DNA of 64,000 nt from Octopus sinensis (GCF_006345805.1 NC_042997.1:49910001-49974000), one strand, 5' to 3'; shown: positions 1 through 13,774, counted from the first letter of the stretch. Made by a program: numbers and translations. Notes: generated by a model from the letters alone, not told the origin.

Positions 1-140
1 GTAACTTAGCGGTTCGGCAAAAGGGACTGATAGAATAAGTACTAGGCTCACAAAGAATAAGTCCTGGTGTCGATTTGCTCGATTAAAGGTAGTGTTCCAG
101 CATGGCCACAGTCACATGACTGAAACAAGTAAAAGAGAAT
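1..140 (+). mobile_element. SINE family A, 3' part (cut by window edge)
   Basis: Shares the GGTTCGGCAAAA...GAAACAAGTAAAAGAG tail with the full copies. Confidence 0.85.
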
Positions 141-206
141 AAAAGAGAAAAATCATTTTGGATTCAGCTTCATCATAGAAAAAGGTGTGTTTTGGCCTTT
201 TATAAC

Positions 207-239
<33 letters not shown>

Positions 240-536
240 TAATCAATTGCTTTGTTCTCACTAACCCCATCAACAGCAGAGGCAGCGACCTCAGCAGTAT
301 CATTATTGTTGCTATTGCTTTAGGTCCATAATGGTCATTGCTCAGATGCCGAATGGGTCAGTTAGGATTACTACAATATTAATCACTTGAAGGACAACTG
401 GGCAATGTGGTTTTAGATATATAAAAAAGAAGGCCTAGTCACAGCTGGACCTGGTTAGTTAATCAGGTTGTTATTATTATTTAGCCCTAGATCAGTCTTG
501 GTTCAGTTGTGGCCATCCTTCCTTTATAAATCTAAA

Positions 537-895
537 ACAACATCATCATCATCATCATATGTGTAAGATCCACTTTTCATGCTAGCATGGGTTGGACAGT
601 TTGACTGAGGACTGGCGAACCAGATGGCTGCACCATGCTCCAATCTTGATCTGGCAGAGTTTCTACCACTGGATGCCCTTCCTAACGCCAACCACTCCGA
701 GAGTTTAGTGGGTACTTTTACGTGCCACTGGCATGAGGGCCAGTCAGGTGGTACTGGCAACGGCCACGAAAAATCGCGTTTTTTTTTTAACGTGTCACCT
801 GCACACCGGCACAAGTGCCAGTAAGGCGGCACTGGTGACAATCACGCTCGATTGGTGCTTTTTATGTGCCACCAGCACGAACGCCAGTTAGCCAA
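537..895 (-). mobile_element. (GAT)n-tailed retroelement with internal tandem repeats
   Basis: (CAT)n at the left, conserved GGAAGGGCATCC block, GTGCCACCGGCAC-type repeat units. Confidence 0.8.
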
Positions 896-1831
896 CATTA
901 CCTAATATATCCTTCCTTAGAGAGTAGGGTGTGGTTTGAGGCTGCTATTTCTAGCAGGTTGAGTGACTGTATAGTCTTTTATATTGGCTCATAATTAATG
1001 AGTTAGTTCAAGAAGCTCTTATCTATAGTGACTGGCACGACAGGATCAGCAATAATAAATACAGAAGTTAAGGGGAGAGGAGAATTGCAACTGCTTTAAA
1101 TTGATGGATCAGATTATGAATGTAGTTAGGAAAGTCACTAAGAAATTAATACAAACATACTTGAGCTGAAAGTAATACAGTATAAGTTTGTGTTACGACT
1201 TGGAACCAAAGAGGTTAAATTTTTAGTAAAATCTCTACAAAAGAAGCTTTTAACCTGAAAGAAAAGAGCTCTAAATTACAGTTATTGATGGATAGAAAGC
1301 ATTTGGCAAGGTGACAAAGTTCCATCTTTTGTCGTTTGGTGACTGAAAGCGCAGATGAATACCTTGTGAGAGATGTTGAAGCTATTTATAAAGATGTAAA
1401 CAAGCAGTGATTTCATTGAGACACTTTATATATAGGTGAGGATATAATGGGTTAATGTGTATTTCTCTGTTCTTTTCAAAGGCCCTGAGCAAATTTTCGT
1501 GGGTTTCTGACTTTGTTTTATAAGTTTTCCTATTCTGGGAGTTTAATCCTCATTGGAGGAATACAGCAGAGTTTGTGTTTACAAAAATGTGCTCTAGGAT
1601 TTCTGGAGACTTGGGAGAGAATGGACATTCAAGTGCATAGAGTTGTTGACAGCCTTAGTAAAAGGCATCTGAAAATGTAGGGCTTCCCTAGAGAATTGAG
1701 TGAGCGAAGATTCAAAGGATCCAATATGTGCTGTTTTGCAAATTTATGTAGCTCATGCCAGTAGGGAAAATGATTCTCAAGTGTTCATGAGAATCATTTT
1801 CCATCTAAAGTCTTTTCATATTTTTAGTTCT

Positions 1832-2102
1832 TACTTGACTGGCTTCTGTGCCGGTGGCACATAAAAAGCACCAACAGATCGTGGCCGATGCCAGACCCCT
1901 CGGGCACCTGTGCAGGTGGCACGTAAAAAGCACCCACTACACTCACGGAGTGGTTGGTGTTAGGAAGGGCATCCAGCTGTAGAAACACTGCCAGATCAGA
2001 CTGGAGCCTGGAGCAGCCCCTGGCTCCCCAAATCCCGGTCGAACCGTCCAACCCGTGCTAGCGTGGAAAACGGACGTTAAACGATGATGATGATGATGAT
2101 GA
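1832..2102 (+). mobile_element. (GAT)n-tailed retroelement, 5'-truncated
   Basis: Two repeat units plus the conserved 3' module ending GGACGTTAAAC(GAT)n. Confidence 0.82.
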
Positions 2103-2344
2103 CTTGGAAAAGTGTCCCTTATTATTGTTATATTTGGGGATGGCCATATTTTGCCTATTAAACACATGCACCATATACATGTGGTCATGATTTCAGCCAC
2201 TCTTTATCCCACATGTTCCCTCTTGTTCTGCTTATTCCAAAAGTAGAATAAGTGGAACAAGAGAAGACACATGTGATACAGAGTTGCTGAAGAGGGCACA
2301 GGATGTGTGACAAAAGGGCTTTGAGAAAAAGCTAAAATAATAAT

Positions 2345-2539
2345 AATGGTTTCAAATTTTGGGGGAGGGGATGTGTTGATTACATCAACCCCAGTGTTCA
2401 TCTGGTACTTAATTTATTGGCCCCGAAAGGATGAAAGGCAAAGTCAACCCCAGCTGAATTTGAACTCAGAATGTAGTGACGAGTGAAATACCACTAAGCA
2501 TTTAGCTCGGTGTGCTAATGATTCTACCAGCTCACCACC
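2345..2539 (-). mobile_element. SINE family B variant (alternative tail)
   Basis: Family B head and core with an AAATTTGAAACC-type tail; relatives at about 43482-43705 (+) and 63213-63395 (+). Confidence 0.75.
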
Positions 2540-3663
2540 TTTAAAATAAAATAATGATAATAAAAAATGAAGTGAAGACTTAATATAAAGTGCTTGTGCT
2601 TAATTTGCAAAATATCGCCATTCCCCAAGTGTAGCAATATTTGTTTCAATACATGATTTCACATCAGGAATCCTGAAAAGCATATATATAAAAGGTGTCC
2701 TTTATTTTCTGCCCATTTAATGTTTCTTTAAAAAACAAACCATCTGTATCTACCTGATCCTGCACTATCCTAATCTCTTTTTAGGTTAATATTCTTAGGT
2801 TAGCACTACTTCTGTGAACCTGTCTTCCTTCATAGTAGCACCTACTATGGAAACCATTTATTGTCAGCCTATGGCATTGTTCCATCCAGCTTGCAATTCT
2901 CTGTTTGCATCACATTATCAAACAGCTAATTCATCTTCCCTGCACACATGAACTGATACTTACAAAGCCCAAGCACTTTCTCAGGTTAAATACACTTTTG
3001 TTAACACTGCTTCATAGTCCATAGACATCTTTCATGGAATCCACACTATCATTGCAAACATTCAGGCTAGGTCTCTGGTTTGAAAATAACTTTGTTCCAC
3101 TAGTTTCGGAACTGATAAGGGGCATGAGTGCAGCCTGTCTTCCTTTGATTAAATAATTAAGAAAGTGAAACAAAACACAACCATGCTTCCAATGTCCATC
3201 CATTGGATCATTATCAGCTTGTACCTTACTGCTGTGATATTTTGCACATCCAGCTTAAGGCTTCTCTACAGTATTGTATTTCTTACCTTTCTATGTAGGC
3301 TTCACATAGCATCCCTATTATTACCTCCTAATGTATGTTTTACACAGCATCACACTCTTAACCTCATTACTTGACACAGCTTGCTCTTTGCAATCATAGA
3401 AAAAGCCTGAATTTCTTGTCGGAGTCCATGTGACTTAGTGATAATATTACTTTGTTATTTCAACTTAAATCACTGAAAAAAAGCAAAGGCTTTGAATTGT
3501 AATATCCTGTTGTTGAGCCTCATCTGGGACAATCCTATGTTCTTTTAGGAATATCTAGGACCACATTTTCAAACCTTTCCCTCCTAGTATGTCCATATCT
3601 CTATAGGGTGTGATTTGAAGGAGATGCAACTGCTATTTGTGTCAACTCAATCAAATTTGAATA

Positions 3664-3870
3664 TCTATTATATAAAATCCATTCTGTCTGTCTGTGTTTT
3701 CTAGGATCTTGGGCATCCTCCATCTGATTGCTCTCAAATTTGATATGTAGATACTGACGGTGTCAGGGCATGTATAAGTCTTAAAGAATTACAAAAATCG
3801 ATTCTAGATGAGAATGCGATCAATAAAGCCGTGGGAACGTGCATTTGTATGCACAAGTACATTAGCTGTT
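3664..3870 (+). mobile_element. possible Helitron-like fragment
   Basis: A|TCTATTATATAAAATCC...CTGTCTGTCTGT start resembles the 15797 element; GTGCA/TGCAC hairpin near 3840-3856; 3' CTAG not clean. Confidence 0.35.
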
Positions 3871-4651
3871 GCGATTGATACTACGCATACGTGAAAAAAA
3901 TGCAAAGGCACGCTTCTTTCCTGCCAAGCTTACTGTTTAAACCATGTTTGTGTTCTTCCAGTCAACAGCCTTATCATTACTGGTACTTTAAACTCTTCGA
4001 TTGCACATTTGTGTGAATAAAATCGTTTTTCTTTGGAATAGAAAAAACGTTTATCTTTATTTCTTCTTTTGCTGGTGTCTCAAATTTAGGTTAAATCAGT
4101 GTTTCTCAAAGGAGAGTACTATGGGACGGTCGGACAAGTTGTTTTGAGAAAATTTGGTTTAAATGTTTGACAATTCAGCACTGTCCATTGGAGAGGTGGG
4201 GGCGTTTTGCTCGTTTGTATATATTTTTAGTAGTTATTTTTATAACTGGATGTTGTCCTAAGCACACCACTGTAATGTATAGTGAAATGTGTTGGTAACC
4301 TTTGCAATAAGCCTGTCTTGCTTACAGGCATAACATAGTCACTAGTAAAATTGAAACTCAAGATCATGTCTGGGCAACAATTAAACACTGTAATACAGAG
4401 TATATCTATTATATTTGTTCCTTTAATTGTATGATATTACTTTTGAAATACTTATTGCTAAATTCTCTTCCACCAAGACTAATACTTTTAACCTTTTAGC
4501 ATTTAAACCAGCCATATCCAGCCAAAATATACAACCAGTTTTATTTCCAAACTGGTCTCTCAGATCCAGCCTCTCAGGCTTACTTTATGATTTTAGTCTA
4601 AAAATTAATAATCATGTCATTGAAATTTCAAAGCCACAAAATAATGCTCGA

Positions 4652-4805
4652 CACACAGGAATGGCTGTGGGGTAAGTAGCTTGCTTACCAACCACATGGT
4701 TCCGGGTTCAGTCCCACTGCGTGGCACCTTGGGCAAGTGTCTTCTACCAAAGCCTTGTGAGTGGATTTGGTAGATGGAAACTGAAAGAAGTTCGTCGTAT
4801 ATATG

Positions 4806-4838
<33 letters not shown>

Positions 4839-5031
4839 ATATGTTTGTGTGTCTGTGTTTGTTTCCCCAACATTGCTTGACAACTGATGCTGGTGTGTTT
4901 ACATTCCCTTAACTTAGCAGTTCAGCAAATGAGACTGTTAGAATAAGTCCTGGGGTCGATTTGCTCGTCTAAAGGCGATGCTCCAGCATGGCCACAGTCA
5001 AATGACTGAAACAACTAAAAGAGTAAAAGAG
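4652..5031 (+). mobile_element. SINE family A, nested inside a piggyBac-like MITE
   Basis: tRNA-like head (A-box-like TGGCTGTGGGG, B-box-like GGTTCAGTCCC), internal (TA)/(TG) microsatellite, (GTAAAAGA)n tail; MITE sequence resumes at 5032. Confidence 0.88.
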
Positions 5032-6330
5032 ACTAATTCAAATCAATGTGAATAAAGAAACATTACCTTTAACAGAGAAATCTGAATGCCAAAAATCTAA
5101 ACATTGCCCTGCATATTAGTAGCGTAACAGCCTATGCTAACCAAACTTTCCTTAGAAAAATGCCAGCAAATATTTTGTGCATTTTATGCTTTTGTTTTGA
5201 TTCCTTTGTATGATTTCATCAACCCCTTAAAATGTTATCATCTCAGAATATACATCCTTTCTCATCCACATCACTACAACTCTCTTTTTCATTGGTCTGT
5301 GTAGTTGTATATTATTGTATTTAATGCTTTGCTCTATTTTAATAATACTAAAACTCTAGGGATGTTTGTGTACCTGAAATATCTCAGAAATAGTATATTT
5401 TATCTTAATTTTTTTTTTGCTTATTTATTTTCATACTTTCCTTCGGCAGTGCAGTACAGATTTTTGTGACATTTGGACCTCTATTTATTAATGAAAATGA
5501 GTAAACACAATTTTTGTTTGTTTATTTCTTGACAAAAAAAAAACATAGCTTCTGTGACATAAGCACATGTACAGAATACACACATATAATGTCATGGCAT
5601 GTCAATCAGCACAAACACATGTCTGCTATCTGTGACATGCACACACATAGTCTTCGCACTCTTTAAGGGAAAAACTTTGACTTTTTGACATACACAATAT
5701 TTTAATCATTTAGAAATATCTTTAACTGAATGTGATTTCAAAAATGAAAGTTGTTTGTGCAGTAAGTATTTATATTTTAGCTTTCTTTAAACAGACATTA
5801 TTTTAATGTTTTTTAAAAATTATTTTCAAGTTATTTTCCTTAAAAATTTTTTATCTATTTACTTTTGTGTTAAAATGAAAAAGAAGAGAAAGTGAAAGAT
5901 GTATGTACGTGTTTATGAAATGGATGTGTGTGAGAGAGAGAGAGTGAAGGAGTGTGTTGTCGTATATATACATGCATTAATACATATGCGTACATCTTTT
6001 TTGTATGTATGTGTGCTTGTGAAAGAGTGAGTGAACATGTGTTCTCATATATGTGTAAGTCCCTCTCTTTCTCTCTCTCTCTCTCTCTCTCACACACATA
6101 CACACACACACACACACACATGTCCATTTCATATACAAGTTCATACATCTTTCACTTTCTTCTCTCTTTCACTTTAAAACAAAAGTAAATCAAGAAAAAT
6201 TTTTTATGGAAATTAACAAAAAAAACCCCAGCTGATCCAGATGACAGTTCTGAGAGTCAAAGTGAAAGATTGCCCCAAGAGAATACCATTACAAAAGTTT
6301 TTTTGAGTGCATTCAATGTATTTCAGCTCC

Positions 6331-6449
6331 AAAGATTTGGCTGCTATTTCTAGCATGCCCTCCTACCACGTAACAGCTATTTGCAATAAAGGACCTGAAA
6401 TACCTGTTACATGGTCGCAGGGCGTGCAAGAAATAGCAGCCAAATCTTT
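6331..6449. repeat. 52-bp-arm inverted repeat with 15-nt loop
   Basis: Arms 6331-6382 and 6398-6449 match at 46/52 positions; the outer 21 bp are perfect. Confidence 0.9.
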
Positions 6450-6689
6450 ACTTTTCCAGGGAAAGGAGCCATTTACACATGATTTCAATGTCACATTAGT
6501 TGAAAGCATGCAAAATAACCTGGAAAAGAAAAAACAAAACCGATAAAACAAAACTCTGTTGCTGGGAAACTCAGATTTTCAAGGTAACCCAACAAGTCAT
6601 GGGTAGTTTAGTTTTCTTCTAATTCAATTCAGATTTAAGTTGCCTTCATGTTTCATCATCTCAAAAGAAGATAGAATACACACGTCATA

Positions 6690-7640
6690 TGACAGGTCAG
6701 TTTGAAGATGGCTTCATTCTTAAGGAGGAGCTACAAATATATATTTTTTAAAACTTAGTTCATATAATCTGTTTCCTTAATTGAAGCATAATAACTTTGA
6801 GGTTAACTTGGGTTTTCATTGAAATTGTGGATGAAGACAACTAAATGTTGTAAAGCATTAGTCCAAGCCTTGACCATTTTGCCAACATGCCAACGTCATA
6901 AAACAGAATCTATTGAAATGTCTGGCTTTAAAATATATCTTATTGATTCGGATAGACATGATCTTGGTTGTAGTAGAAAGGGCATCAGCAAGTAAAACAA
7001 ACTCATTCGTGCTAACTTGCAAAACACGATGTAAAAATAGTTAGAGAGGACGTCAGACTTCCATTCTATAAGTGTTGAGCTCAAATCCATTATTTCAAGT
7101 GTTTTATGTATTTTGAGGTCTCTGCAATAGCTCAATTTGCTAGAAATAGCAGATGAATCTCTTTCAAACCACACCGTACTGTCTTACAAAACAAAGGTAT
7201 GATTGGTTAATTAATGTTTGACTGACAAAAAGAAAAAAAAGATATGGTTTGAATGTTTTTGATTATAGATCTGCTTGATTGGGATTGATCTATGGGCTAA
7301 ACAACAACATACCTCAGTTTACCTATTATGATTAAATGCCAGATCATCTGGAAATCTCAACTGCAACCGACTGCCACACTAGCCAAAGGGAAAGTTATTT
7401 TATCTGCAAAGTGCTGTAAAACCAGAACCAGGCACTGACTCTTAGGGTCCTCTTGAGGGCTTTTGGACGTGCTAACTCTTATGTCTATCATTGGCAACAT
7501 CTTGCCAAATCTTGTGCTGGACAGAAATAAGAAAAAATGGAAGTAGCTCAGTGGTGGGTTAACATCAAGAATTAGCTCACATCTTATTGGTTGACATTGC
7601 CCGAAATGAATGAATGATTAAACTACTGTAACAATCTCCT
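6690..7640 (-). mobile_element. decayed CR1/L2-type LINE fragment
   Basis: Minus-strand remnants resembling GxPxxSVxG and FAD; the 3' part resembles the 61200-61400 region. Confidence 0.5.
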
Positions 7641-8420
7641 AGGCCTAGCTGCCAACAATAACTCTCTCAACCACTTCAAACCCTACCACGATATTTTTAT
7701 TTTTTTTACTTGTTTCAGTCATTTGACTGCGGCCATGCTGGAGCACCGCCTTTAGTCGAGCAACTCGACCCCGGGACTTATTCTTTGTAAGCCCAGTACT
7801 TATTCTATCGGTCTCTTTTTGCCGAACCGCTAAGTAACGGGGACGTAAACACACCAGCATCGGTTGTCAAGCAATGCTAGGAGAACAAACACAGACACAC
7901 AAACAAACACACATATATATATATATATATACACATATATACGACAGGCTTCTTTCAGTTTCCGTCTACCAAATCCACTCACAAGGCATTGGTCGGCCCG
8001 GGGCTATAGCAGAAGACACTTGCCCAAGATGCCACGCAGTGGGACTAAACCCAGAACCATGTGGTTGGTTAGCAAGCTACTTACCACACAGCCACTCCTG
8101 TGAACATTTGAAGGATGGGTGAGATAGTGTATGAGTGCTTTGTGTAAAACTTGCATTAAAATGATACTAATACATTGATAAATAAATTAAATATTTTCTG
8201 TGTGGATTCTAACTGATATGAAATAATACTCAACATTCACATTGATCGTTGTTTTAGGTCTGGTTTTCAACCAAGATCATGTCTATCCGAATCAATAAAG
8301 TATATTTTAAAGCCAGACATTTCAATAGATTCTGTTTTATGATGTTGGCAAAATGGTCAAGGCTTGGACTAATGCTTTACAGCATTTAGTTGTCTTCATC
8401 CACAATTTCAATGAAAACCC
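6810..8420. repeat. inverted duplication: 6810-6970 vs 8268-8420
   Basis: Reverse complements differing by about 3 substitutions and one 8-bp indel. Confidence 0.9.
7700..8102 (-). mobile_element. SINE family A, full length
   Basis: Reverse complement of the family consensus seen at 50855-51273. Confidence 0.92.
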
Positions 8421-10679
8421 ATCTTGGACTGACTCTGTTTCATGTATCTGGAGTTAATATTCTGGGGGTTAATTCAATCAATTGTATTTTAAATTAATAA
8501 CTTGTGACCTTAGACCAGTGGAAACAAAACGAAAATCATCTAAATTCCTGCTAGGGTATTGCTATATTGATTTGAAGATATTGAATTTGATGTAATGTGC
8601 AAATCATTCCATCCCAAATGTTTTTAACTCCTTTCTCTTTTTAATTAGTATTTATTCAATGCCCCCTTGCTGTTATTTGGTGCCTTCCTTACCATTTTTA
8701 ATGCTTGCATGCACACACGCAATCACAACCACACTATTAGGCCTGAGAAATTTAGTTTTGGGTTCAGTCCCATGGACTGGCAACTTGGACAAGTGTCTAA
8801 GGGCCATGAGTTATTTCAATAAGCTGATACTGAAAGAAGCTCATTGTGTGTGTGTGTGGCAGGGGGTGTTGGAGTGTATTATTGTCTTGATATCATGTGA
8901 TGGTTGTAAATGAGCATTTCCAATCTTTCATGAAAAATATTTTTGGATATGGGGGAAATATTGTTTTGCTTGGAAATGTGTGAATTCTGGTAATAAATAG
9001 GATGGGCATTCAGCTGTAGAAGACTATCTAAAAGAATTCTGTCTAATCCATGCAAGCATAGAAAAGTGAAAATTAAAATGATGTTAATGTACAAGTTTGA
9101 CCCAGACAACTAGTTACTAAAGCACCATCCTACTATAAGCATAGAATAGGTTTTTGTTTATTTATCTATTCAGTTTTGAATTCTTTTATTAATGTTGCAA
9201 TTTTAACAAACTGGCTGTTTATCATATTACATTTAAAAGTTAATATTTAAATAGGTCAACAAACAAATAGCAAAAATGCTGTACCGATGCATGTGTTGCT
9301 CTATACTCTTCCCTTTCTGCCCAGTACCCATATAAAATTATCCATGATGCCCCCCACCTCTGAATGATATTGCCCGCTTTGATAAACACTAGTGTATAAA
9401 GATGAATTAGATATTAAATTGTACATGGCCTCTGCATCCTGGTAGTTGTGAGTATAGTGTTCATTTAAATCTGCTTCTCAACCATTTTTTTTCCCTTTGC
9501 CCCACCTTTGATTCCTATTTTACTCTAGCGGACCCTAATAAACATTCAATGTTTTAGAAAGTCCCATTATATTTTTATGATTAAATATTAGGAATTCTAT
9601 AAGAAAAATTGTTAGGGTGTTGTGTATTGTCAAAGGATAACCCGTTTATTGCATGCAATTTTTAATAACAAAATCTTTTGCAGACCCACTGATTTAAATG
9701 ATAAAATAAGTTCTACTAATGTTAGTGAAGAAGAGAAGCAAGAATAGAAGTGCTCATTATTTCTTTAAGCTCTCTTTTACTGGAAAATAGGAATGAATGA
9801 CATTTTGAAGAGGCTTGAATGATTTATGTAGAGTTTTGACTTGGAGATTTAGAGTTTAAAGAGTTTTGACAGGATGTGAGTTTGAAGAGTGCAGTTCTGC
9901 GAAAGAACAGCTGGACCAAAAGTGTATCAGATAGTGACTGGTCACAAAGACATTCTGTGAATGATGGAAAGTATGCATCAAGGAGGCTTAGTTTGTTGCA
10001 AGTAGCAGTAAAAGAGAGAAAAGATGCAACTTCGAAGTGATCTAATCAATTATTTCACATTTTCACAAAAACAAAGAAAAAAATCCTTTTATCCAATTAA
10101 AATAGAATAAATTTTTCTAAATCTATGCTCTCTTCAGACCTTTGCTAGCCATTAAATGACACAAAACTAAAAAAATCACTGATTGCTGGTGAAATGATTT
10201 CATTAGATTCGCAATAAAAAATTAATTTCAGATGAACAGATTCTAGCATTTAATTTGTTAACGAAAGGTGAAAGTTCCATAAGACTTTTGTTTGATTTAA
10301 TTGATTCTTTTCAACTAAGTACAAGACTAAATTTTATTGGGCAGAGATATGGTTGATTGAATTGACCCTAATGTATTATCGATACTTTGCTTTTATTAAC
10401 TTTGGTGGGATGAAAGGCAATCTTGAAATGGTTTGTACTTGGAACATAAATAGATGAAATTGAAATTGCGTGAAGCTGTGTGAAATACCTCTGGCCAAAT
10501 ACTCTTCTCTATCATGTTGATGCTTTGATGCTGGTGATCTTTTCTATTGATTTGTTCATTAATGGATTTCTTGTTCTTTCCCTCAACCCTGTACATGTGC
10601 TACACTTCCTTTAAACAGCATCTTACATCCATCCAATTTTCTATGCTTGCATGACTGGGATGATATTTGTTGAAAAATA

Positions 10680-10911
10680 GGCGGCGAGCTGGCAGAAACG
10701 TTATCACTCCGGGCGAAATGCGTAGCCGTATTTCATCTGCCATTACGTTCTGAGTTCGAATTCCGCCGAGGTCAACTTTGCCTTTCATCCTTTCGGGGTC
10801 GATTAAATAAGTACCAGTTACATACTGGGGTCGATGTAATAGACTTAATCCGTTTGTCTGTCCTTGTTTGTCCTCTCTGTGTTTAACCCCTTGTGGGTAG
10901 TAAAGAAATAT
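10680..10911 (+). mobile_element. SINE family B with about 15-bp TSD
   Basis: GGCGGCGAGCTGGCAGAA head, B-box-like GAGTTCGAATTC, TAAAGAAATA end; TSD atatttgttgaaaaa at 10663-10677 and 10912-10926. Confidence 0.9.
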
Positions 10912-11605
10912 ATATTTGTTGAAAAAATGATTTTCCTGCTGGATACGCTTTGTTACCCAGTAACCATTCTACTATGGTGTAGGAGTGGACTCTGTTACCA
11001 GTTAGCCAAATTGGTGCAAGCCAAAATGTGTTCCTTGTACAAGAATGCTAGAGTTGTAATATGATTTTATCTAGGCCCAAGTGTTAAGTATATATAAATC
11101 TCAATGCCATTTTACCTCATGTCTCACTTCTATTGCATAATATAGTACTTTAAATACACAGAACATTATAGACTGCTTTACAAATTCCTCAGATCAAAGA
11201 GGATGCACATAAGACAAAATTTCATGTTTAAATGCAGATAATTTGTGACTTAGATTCTTTGTACTTATATAAAAAAAAAAATCTTTGTTATTGTTTTGAA
11301 ACACAGTCTAGCAGTTGAGACTTGAAACCAACTTTGTCTGACTGTTCAGTTAACATTTGCAATTCAATACGAGTGACATTTTAAGCAGATCTCTAAATTC
11401 ATTTTGGTAAGCAAGATATAGTTGTTAATAGCAAAATCTAGGTGGACACATTGTAGATTTCAAGTTCAAGGGATATCTTCTCTAACTGCTACTTTCTAGG
11501 AAAATATAGCTTTAGCTTACAGAGCTTTCAAACCTTTTAATGTGATCTTAACAAAGCACTTGCTAACAAAGAAGCTTGTATGAAGTCAATTAACCTGCTT
11601 TTGGT

Positions 11606-12012
11606 TACTCTTACTCTTTTACTTGTTTCAGTCATTTGACTGCGGCCATGCTGGAGCACCGCCTTTACTCGATCAAATCGACCCTGGGACTTATTCTTTT
11701 GTAAGCCCAGTACTTATTCTATTGGTCTCTTTTTGCCTAACCGCTAAGTGACGGGGACGTAAACACACCAGCATCGGTTGTCAAGCAATGCTAGGGGGAC
11801 AAACACACACACACAAACACACGCATATATATATATATATATATATATACGACGGGCTTCTTTCAGTTTCCGTCTACCAAATCCACTCACAAGGCATTGG
11901 TCGGCCCGGGGCTATAGCAGAAGACACTTGCCCAAGATGCCACGCAGTGGGACTGAACCCGCAACCATGTGGTTGGTTAGCAAGCTACTTACCACACAGC
12001 CACTCCTGCGCC
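11606..12012 (-). mobile_element. SINE family A, full length
   Basis: Head CAGGCGCAGGAGTGGCTGTGTGG on the minus strand; tail repeat at the left. Confidence 0.92.
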
Positions 12013-12196
12013 TGCTTGCTCATTTTCTCTCAGAAACTCCCTACTGTTTTAAATGGAGTTACTCTGCATTGCCAAATATATTGATTTGATTGATTCTAGT
12101 TTCAGCTTATGAGCTGTGGCCATGCTGGGGCACCGCCATATAGTCATCATTTAAAAAAAAATTTTGTTACAGTAAGTTATGTTGTGATTTTGCATG

Positions 12197-12267
12197 TGTG
12201 TAGATAAGTGGAATGTTTTTCAAGCTTCTGTGTAGATAAGTGGAATGTTTTTCAAGCTTCTGTGTAG
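12197..12267. repeat. 32-bp tandem duplication (2.2 copies)
   Basis: tgtgtagataagtggaatgtttttcaagcttc repeated exactly. Confidence 0.92.
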
Positions 12268-13386
12268 TGTAAATCTTTCAATACTGTGTTTATTGTTAAT
12301 TTTAATTTCATGACTTTATAAAAGTACTCTCCCCACTCTTTTTTTTTTTTTAATTTGTTGCAATTCAAAGTTGTTAAGTACCATATAAAACAGAATCAAT
12401 TTTAACAGAAAAGTATTTTGCATGGCATGAGCTCTTAGGTAGACAAAATTTTTTGTTCAGCATTTGGTGTTTTGATAAAAGGTGGAAATTGAAAGAATGG
12501 TTTGATGTCTGTATGCAAAGAACAAAATTTGGTCCGTTAAATATGTAGGAACTGGGTTTTTTTTTTGTTTTATTTCTGTTAAACTTGAGTCATTTATAAC
12601 AAATATTTATTAGTAATGGTTTGTTGGGAAATGATATTAAGAAAGAAATCCTATATATGATGAAGTTTTGAAACCATAAAAATCTTAAGACTTTATATAT
12701 TATTGTTTCCAGCTTAGGCACAAAGTTAGCAATTTCAAATGGAGGGGAATACTCCTTCCTATGAAATTACATATTATATATATCAATTATATCAAAATGT
12801 AATTATGTATATATATATATATATATATATATTAACCCTTGTATTAAACTTGTGCTTTATTTTATCGACCTGGTGATGATGAAAGGCCAAGTTACCCTCA
12901 GCTGGATTTGAACTTAGAACTTACAACTGGGAAAATACTGCAATTCTTTCTAGTTTTTACAACTTTGCCAACCTGCTACTGTTTATATGATGACATCTAT
13001 CAATAGTTGATGTTGGTGTAGGGACAATCAGTTAACCTCAAAGGTACATCACTATATGTGTGTGTGTGATTGTGTCACTGGTGGAACTTGCACACAAAGA
13101 AATGTACAAATATTGCTCAGGGATATGGAGAAATTTCAACTCAAGATTTTCCCTTTATGCATTATTCTGGAATGAATTTTCGTTTGTGTAGATGTGGGTG
13201 TGTGGTTAAGAACTTTGCTTCGTAACCATTTGGTTCCAGATAAATTCCCACTGCATGGCACCTTTGACAAGTGTCTTTTATAGTTCCAAGTTGAACAAAT
13301 TTTGTGAATGGATTTGGTAGACAGCTCATCATACATATGTTCCTTTCTCTGAATTGATATTGATCTACAGTCGTTTGCTTCCATAA

Positions 13387-13592
13387 CTCATTAGCATTCA
13401 GATTACTCTGTCAAATGTAATATTTATTCACATCATTTTGAATTAATCAGGTTTTGTCTTGTAGCTTTGCAGTTTCAATAATGTGCTCACATTATTAGTT
13501 TATTTTTGGTATGAGATTGTGGGGTAGATGTGAGAAGCCAGATCTCGTGTAGAATATTTGGGCCTGATATGGCTGTTTCAAAAGCTAAAGGG
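13387..13592. mobile_element. piggyBac-like MITE copy
   Basis: TTAGCATTCAGATTACTCTGTCAAATG ... GCTAAAGGG|TTAA. Confidence 0.65.
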
Positions 13593-13738
13593 TTAAAGCA
13601 AACCATATATGGTAACCTGTCAAATACATTAATTGTCTGTGATGTATAATGAAACTTGCTATCTGTAGTAGGGTTGACCACTTAACTGACCACTAAGCAT
13701 TCTGAAGATTGGTCTTTTAGTTAAATTACAGCATGTGT

Positions 13739-13774
<36 letters not shown>

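Noticed and set aside
1060-1790. Possible very old LINE remnant on the minus strand
   Set aside because: No motif could be read with enough confidence to call it.
4080-4420. CpG-containing stretch with ATGs as a candidate promoter or exon 1
   Set aside because: The ATG frames close quickly and do not resemble the WIPI3 N-terminus; no suitable phase-1 donor was found.
7864-8122. Recurring ORFs such as MLGGQTQTH...AEDTCPRCHAVGLNPEPCGW throughout the window
   Set aside because: They are antisense translations of SINE family A; frames shift with microsatellite length.
8258-8281. GT CTG GTT TTC AAC CAA GAT CAT G reads LVFNQDH, like the end of the missing WDR45B exon 1
   Set aside because: No GT donor follows, there is no upstream NGLL-like coding context, and the segment is part of the inverted LINE duplicate shared with 6950-6970.
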